56,310 bases of DNA from an uncultured Dehalococcoidaceae bacterium (GTDB lineage Bacteria; Chloroflexota; Dehalococcoidia; Dehalococcoidales; RBG-16-60-22), in assembly GCA_964584575.1 (NCBI GenBank), contig CAZPAS010000001.1:1-56310 (forward strand), written 5' to 3'. The notes beneath the pieces are model-generated. The model made no database searches. It had not been told where the DNA came from and worked only from the letters and a program-made list of their open reading frames with translations. The translations under genes and the position numbers were made by a program. Shown in pieces: positions 52,146-56,310 of this stretch. The first letter of the stretch is position 1. The number at the start of each line of letters is the position of its first letter.

Positions 52146-54602
52146 TCAGGCGGCGGTCTTTGCCGCCGCCCTGGTCTTGAACGTCAGGCCTTTGCCCTCT
52201 TTATCGAGGTCGACCCTGACGGTATCGCCTTCTTTCAATTCGCCCCGCAGTACCTGACTGGACAGCGGGTTCTCCACGTAGCGCTCGATGACGCGCCGCA
52301 GCGGACGCGCCCCGTAAACGGGGTCGTACCCTTCCTTCGATAGCCACGACTTGGCTTTCGGCGTCAGTTCCAGGTTCAGCTTGTGCTCCGCCAGGCGTTC
52401 CTGCAGGTCTTTTACCATGAGGTCGACGATTTTCGCCAGCTGTTCCTCGGTAAGCTCGTGGAAGACGATGATTTCGTCCAGTCGATTCAGGAATTCCGGA
52501 CGGAAGAGCTTCTTGACCTCGTTCATTACCTTGTCCTTCATGTCATCGTAGCTCTTCTGTGTCCTGGCTTCCGTCTTCGCCGAGGCAAAGCCCATCTGCC
52601 CTTCTTTCTTGATGAGTTCCACGCCGGCGTTGCTGGTCATGATAATTACCGTATTCTTGAAGTCCACCGTGCGCCCCTGCCCGTCGGTCAGCCTGCCGTC
52701 GTCGAGAATCTGGAGCAGGGTATTGAATACCTCGGGGTGCGCCTTCTCGACTTCGTCGAGCAGGATGACCCGGAAGGGCCTACGCCTCACCGCCTCGGTA
52801 AGCTGACCGCCCTCGTCGTAGCCGATGTATCCGGGCGGCGCGCCGATGAGACGGGAAACGGTATGCTTCTCCTGATATTCGGACATGTCCAGCCGCACCA
52901 TGGCGTTCTCGTCGTCGAACAGGAACCACGCCAGCGTGCGCACCAGTTCCGTCTTGCCGACTCCCGTCGGACCCAGGAACATGAAGCTGCCGATGGGTCG
53001 CCGCGGGTTCTTGAGTCCGGCGCGGCTCCGGCGTATCGCCTCGGAGATTGCCGCCACGGCTTCCTCCTGGTCGATGAGCCGCTCGTGGATGCGCTCTTCC
53101 ATGTGAAGCAGCTTCTGCGCTTCACCCTCGAGCATCTGGGATACCGGGATGCCGGTCCAGCTGGATATCAGCTTGGCGATATGCTCGGCGGTAACCTCTT
53201 CGTCGATTTTCTCTTTCTTGAGCCACTCGTCCTTCGCTTTGGTATACTCCGGTTCCAGCTTGAGTCTTTCCGCCTTCAATTCGGCGGCCTGCTGGAATTC
53301 CTGCCGCTGCGAAGCTGCTTCTTCTTCGTTGGCCAGCTGCCTGATACGCTGTTCCAGCTTCTTTACCTCCGGCGGCGCGCTCTCGGTATCGATGCGCGAC
53401 TTGCTGGCGGCTTCGTCGATGAGGTCGATAGCCTTGTCCGGTAATTGCCGGTCGGATATGTACCGCTGGCTCAACTTGGCGGCGGCTTCCAGAGCTTCGT
53501 CGGTTATCTTTATTTTATGATGCGCCTCGTACCGGGGCCGCAGTCCCTTGAGAATCTCGATAGTATCCTCCAGGCTCGGTTCGTTGATGAAGACCGGCTG
53601 AAAACGCCGCTCCAGCGCCTTGTCCTTCTCGATGTGCTTGCGGTATTCGTCGATTGTCGTGGCGCCCACGCACTGGAGTTCGCCGTGCGCCAGCGCCGGC
53701 TTGAGCATGTTGCTGGCGTCGATAGAGCCTTCGGCGGCTCCGGCGCCGACGACGGTATGAATCTCGTCGATGAACAATATTACTTCGCCCTTCGACTGCC
53801 GGACTTCCTCCATGACGGACTTCAGCCGTTCCTCGAACTCGCCGCGGAACTTGCTGCCGGCGACCAGCGCCCCCATGTCCAGGGCGATAACCTTGCGCCC
53901 CTTCAACGAATCGGGCACGTCATCGGCGGCTATCTTCTGCGCCAGACCTTCGGCGATTGCCGTCTTGCCGACGCCCGCGTCGCCGACGATTACCGGGTTG
54001 TTCTTGGTGCGCCGCGTCAATATCTGCATCACGCGCTTGATTTCATTGTCACGCCCGATTACCGGGTCGAGCCTGTCCTCGCGCGCCATCTCGGTGAGGT
54101 CGCGCCCGTACTTCTGCAAAGAGCGGTATTTACTCTCGGCGCGGGTGTCATCAACGCGATGGCTGCCGCGTACTTTCTTCAAGGCGTTGTATACCTTCTC
54201 CTGGTCGATGCCGGCTTTGTGAAGAATATCGGCGGCATCTCCAATGGTATCGCTCGCCATGGCGATTAACAGGTGCTCGGTGCTGATAAAATCGTCCTTG
54301 AGCCGCCTGGCTTCCTCGTCGGCTTTCTGCATTAGCTGGGAGATACGCGGCGTGGCGTATATCTGGCCCGTCTGGTAGGCAACCTTGGGCGTGTTTTCCA
54401 GGACTTCCTCGACCCTGTTCCTCAGGGCTTCGCCGTCTACCTTCAGTTCTTTCAGCACTTCCCCGACCAACCCCTGCTGCTGGATGAGCAGCGCCAGCAA
54501 TATATGTTCTACGTCCCACTGGCTGTGCTTGTACTGCATAGCCATTTGCTGGGACGCCTGTAAAGCTTCCTGTGCCTGTTCCGTGAATCTTTCCTGCCTC
54601 AT
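52146..54602 (-). CDS. clpB: ATP-dependent chaperone/disaggregase ClpB
   Basis: Clp_N repeats; Walker A GDAGVGKT and GPTGVGKT; a long coiled-coil middle domain. GGGGAGG Shine-Dalgarno precedes ATG 54602, so the track start at 54629 is too long. Confidence 0.95.
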   Translation of the reverse strand: MRQERFTEQAQEALQASQQMAMQYKHSQWDVEHILLALLIQQQGLVGEVLKELKVDGEALRNRVEEVLENTPKVAYQTGQIYATPRISQLMQKADEEARRLKDDFISTEHLLIAMASDTIGDAADILHKAGIDQEKVYNALKKVRGSHRVDDTRAESKYRSLQKYGRDLTEMAREDRLDPVIGRDNEIKRVMQILTRRTKNNPVIVGDAGVGKTAIAEGLAQKIAADDVPDSLKGRKVIALDMGALVAGSKFRGEFEERLKSVMEEVRQSKGEVILFIDEIHTVVGAGAAEGSIDASNMLKPALAHGELQCVGATTIDEYRKHIEKDKALERRFQPVFINEPSLEDTIEILKGLRPRYEAHHKIKITDEALEAAAKLSQRYISDRQLPDKAIDLIDEAASKSRIDTESAPPEVKKLEQRIRQLANEEEAASQRQEFQQAAELKAERLKLEPEYTKAKDEWLKKEKIDEEVTAEHIAKLISSWTGIPVSQMLEGEAQKLLHMEERIHERLIDQEEAVAAISEAIRRSRAGLKNPRRPIGSFMFLGPTGVGKTELVRTLAWFLFDDENAMVRLDMSEYQEKHTVSRLIGAPPGYIGYDEGGQLTEAVRRRPFRVILLDEVEKAHPEVFNTLLQILDDGRLTDGQGRTVDFKNTVIIMTSNAGVELIKKEGQMGFASAKTEARTQKSYDDMKDKVMNEVKKLFRPEFLNRLDEIIVFHELTEEQLAKIVDLMVKDLQERLAEHKLNLELTPKAKSWLSKEGYDPVYGARPLRRVIERYVENPLSSQVLRGELKEGDTVRVDLDKEGKGLTFKTRAAAKTAA

Positions 54603-54603
54603 G

Positions 54604-54927
54604 TTACTTACCTCCCCGCAGTTTTTCAATCTCCTGTTGAGCCTGTTCCAGTTCGCCCTGCAGTTCTCCCACGCGCTCCATCATGCGCAGGATAACCTCC
54701 ACCCCCGGCAGGTTGATACCCATGTCATCCACCAGGGCTTTTACCCTCTGGAGAATGGCGATATCCCTGTCCGAGTACAGTCGTACGTTACCCCGGGAAC
54801 GGCGCGGTTCTATAACGCCGACCTTTTCATAGTAGCGCAGGGTGTGGGTCTGCACGTTCAACATCCTTGCCGCCACGCTTATCACGTAGCGCGGCTCGGT
54901 ATTATATTCGTTTCTGTCCATAGTCAC
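54604..54927 (-). CDS. hspR: MerR-family heat-shock regulator HspR
   Basis: YVISVAARMLNVQTHTLRYYEKVGVIEPRRS..NVRLYSDRDI is a MerR HTH. It lies between dnaJ-like and clpB, and its stop abuts the clpB start. Confidence 0.8.
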   Translation of the reverse strand: MTMDRNEYNTEPRYVISVAARMLNVQTHTLRYYEKVGVIEPRRSRGNVRLYSDRDIAILQRVKALVDDMGINLPGVEVILRMMERVGELQGELEQAQQEIEKLRGGK

Positions 54928-54939
54928 CTCACCTCGTTA

Positions 54940-55935
54940 TCAGGCCGGTCTTATCTCGCTAAGCTGCCTGAATAACTCCTTTTCTTTGTCCGATAGTTCC
55001 GTGGGCAGTACCACGTTTACCTTCGCCACGATGTCGCCCCTTTCCGATTTACCAAGGTGGGGCATGCCCTGTCCCTTGAGACGGAATGACTTTCCGTTTT
55101 GTGTCTCCGCAGGAATCTTCAGTGCCAGCTTGCCCTTGGGCGTCGGCACCTGGACCTCTCCACCCAGTACGGCAGTCGCCAGAGGCACCGGGACACTGAC
55201 GTGTAAATTATCGCCGTGGCGTTCGAATTTCGCATGCGGTCTTACCGTAATTTTCAGATAAAGGTCGCCGCTGGGACCGCCACCGTAGCTCGGCTGTCCC
55301 TTGCCGGCGATGCGTACCCGCGAGCCGGTGGCGACTCCCGCCGGTATCTTTACTTCGAGTCGTTTAATATCCGGCACAACACCGGTGCCCCGGCATGCCG
55401 AGCAGGGCAGGTTTTGAATCATCCCGGTGCCCTTGCACGCCGAGCATGCCGTTTCCATTTGCAGGCTGATAGTGCGGCTGGTACCGTGATACGCTTCTTC
55501 CAGCGTTACTTCGACGGGCGATTCCAGGTCCTGTCCGCGCCTGGGTTGCGAACGCCGCGAAAAACCGCGGGTACGACCGCCGCCGAACAGTTCCTCGAAG
55601 ATGCTGTCCATGCCGCCGATATCCCCGCCGAAATGGTAGGTGGCGCCGCCTCCCGGCGAATATTGCCGGTACTGCGCCTGCTGACGTTCCGCCTCTTCGA
55701 ACTGGTCGGCGTACTGCCACTTGTCGCCGTACTTATCGTACTTCTTCCGCTTATCCGCGTCGGATAGCACTTCGTAGGCGGCGTTTACCTCCTTGAACTT
55801 GGACTCGGCGTCCTTGTCCCCGGCGTTGACATCGGGGTGATACTTACGAGCCAGCCGGCGGTAAGCCTGCTTGATTTCCTTATCGCTGGCGCTCTTATTA
55901 ACGCCAAGCAGGTCGTATAAATTTTTACCTGCCAT
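54940..55935 (-). CDS. dnaJ: DnaJ-family co-chaperone (J domain, G/F region, half-size zinc-finger domain, C-terminal substrate-binding domains)
   Basis: J domain is NLYDLLGV...[13 protein letters not shown]. The G/F-rich stretch follows. There are only two CxxCxGxG repeats ([16 protein letters not shown]). Confidence 0.9.
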   Translation of the reverse strand: MAGKNLYDLLGVNKSASDKEIKQAYRRLARKYHPDVNAGDKDAESKFKEVNAAYEVLSDADKRKKYDKYGDKWQYADQFEEAERQQAQYRQYSPGGGATYHFGGDIGGMDSIFEELFGGGRTRGFSRRSQPRRGQDLESPVEVTLEEAYHGTSRTISLQMETACSACKGTGMIQNLPCSACRGTGVVPDIKRLEVKIPAGVATGSRVRIAGKGQPSYGGGPSGDLYLKITVRPHAKFERHGDNLHVSVPVPLATAVLGGEVQVPTPKGKLALKIPAETQNGKSFRLKGQGMPHLGKSERGDIVAKVNVVLPTELSDKEKELFRQLSEIRPA

Positions 55936-55963
55936 CTACTTTCTCCATAATATACCTGATAAT

Positions 55964-55992
55964 ATTATATGTCTTCTCAGGTTATTTGTCAA
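55964..55992 (-). promoter_or_regulatory. Consensus sigma70-type promoter TTGACA-17-TATAAT for dnaJ-hspR-clpB
   Basis: On the minus strand, TTGACA (55987-55992) and TATAAT (55964-55969) have exactly 17 nt between them. A GGAGAAAG Shine-Dalgarno precedes ATG 55935. Confidence 0.55.
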
Positions 55993-56004
55993 TATATAAT
56001 AAGC

Positions 56005-56016
56005 AATGTTAACATT
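56005..56016. promoter_or_regulatory. Perfect 12-bp palindrome AATGTTAACATT just upstream of the dnaJ -35 element (candidate operator)
   Basis: The sequence is self-complementary. A further TGTTAAC copy sits at 56021-56027, and an AT palindrome ATAATATTAT (55959-55968) overlaps the -10 element. Confidence 0.25.
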
Positions 56017-56150
56017 TTATTGTTAACTTATTTACCAATAATACGTAAAAACAACCAACGATTACACTGGTAAAGACTTTGTACCCATTACTTTTTAACC
56101 AGTTGACAAGCTGCCGTTATCATGTGTAATCTATGGGTGAGGAATTTTTA

Positions 56151-56310
56151 TGCCTGCATGTCCTAATTGCGGTCGACAGACCATGCGCACCGAGGACTGG
56201 GTGTGCCAGTGGTGCGGTTATCCCCTGCTGTCCAAGGCTTACAAGAAAATAGACAAGACATATAAGGAAATACAGCAGGAAAGGAGCGCCGCCTGGCGTT
56301 CGGTGTCCCC
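56151..56310 (+). CDS. Small zinc-ribbon protein, N-terminal fragment (3' end cut by window edge)
   Basis: MPACPNCGRQTMRTEDWVCQWCGYPLLSKAYKK... (CxxC-N12-CxxC). GGGTGAGG Shine-Dalgarno upstream. TTGACA at 56104-56109 with TGTAAT/TAATCT 16-18 nt downstream. It is not in the ORF track (open-ended, under 60 aa). Confidence 0.5.

Noticed and set aside
55936-56150. HAIR (CTTGAGT-N7-ACTCAAG) or CIRCE (TTAGCACTC-N9-GAGTGCTAA) operators upstream of dnaJ.
   Set aside because: I found neither motif by reading both strands of the intergenic region. Isolated ACTCAAG-like half-sites elsewhere (for example near 38531) are single and not promoter-linked.
1-56310. CRISPR arrays, IS elements/transposases, toxin-antitoxin pairs and known defence-system genes.
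   Set aside because: I saw no regularly spaced direct repeats, no transposase or recombinase-like ORFs, and no nuclease, helicase or methylase clusters. The only tandem repeat is the 30-bp in-frame repeat in the PPIase gene.

Overview
This 56.3-kb chromosomal segment is densely coding, with about 50 CDS and one tRNA. I saw no transposase, integrase, CRISPR array or rRNA. The gene content indicates an anaerobic bacterium with a ferredoxin- and flavin-based redox metabolism; the taxon cannot be fixed by eye, though an hspR-linked chaperone operon, orphan prepilins and multiple AORs suggest Chloroflexota/Dehalococcoidia-like or similar anaerobes.

Gene order:
- (1) fixX'-etfB-like, translationally coupled to an MftF-like GT2 glycosyltransferase and a radical SAM/SPASM-type enzyme.
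- (2) Convergent LarA-like and Zn-ADH pair.
- (3) AT-richer block: multi-PAS histidine kinase, CheY-like receiver, receiver-HD-GYP, then an orphan cassette of two prepilins and a 798-aa PilX-like acidic protein.
- (4) ABC-2 exporter.
- (5) Tungsten-type aldehyde:ferredoxin oxidoreductase (AOR), divergent from a 10-kb operon: CoA-transferase AB, cysteine hydrolase, SDR, alpha/beta-only 2-oxoacid:ferredoxin oxidoreductase, two more AOR paralogues, MFS.
- (6) DUF2089-like regulator, small membrane protein, SHOCT/LiaX-N-like protein, MMPL transporter, small membrane protein.
- (7) URO-D-family protein plus a TIGR04076-like fusion.
- (8) NarL-type two-component pair, divergent from a NuoE/NuoF/NuoG-N-terminal-like module with no catalytic partner.
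- (9) GlcG-like protein.
- (10) Two tandem enoate-/dienoyl-CoA-reductase-type flavoenzymes followed by etfA-fixC-fixX-etfB.
- (11) tRNA-Ala(GGC).
- (12) Lipoprotein cyclophilin and a DedA-family protein.
- (13) dnaJ-hspR-clpB.

The most unusual items, in order of interest:
- The ETF/Fix-GT-radical SAM operon at the left edge.
- The OYE-pair/ETF-Fix operon.
- The AOR-rich operon with a gamma/delta-less OFOR.
- The partner-less NuoEFG' module.
- The orphan pilin cassette.
- The DUF2089-MMPL unit.

All family assignments rest on motif reading and recall, not on database searches.
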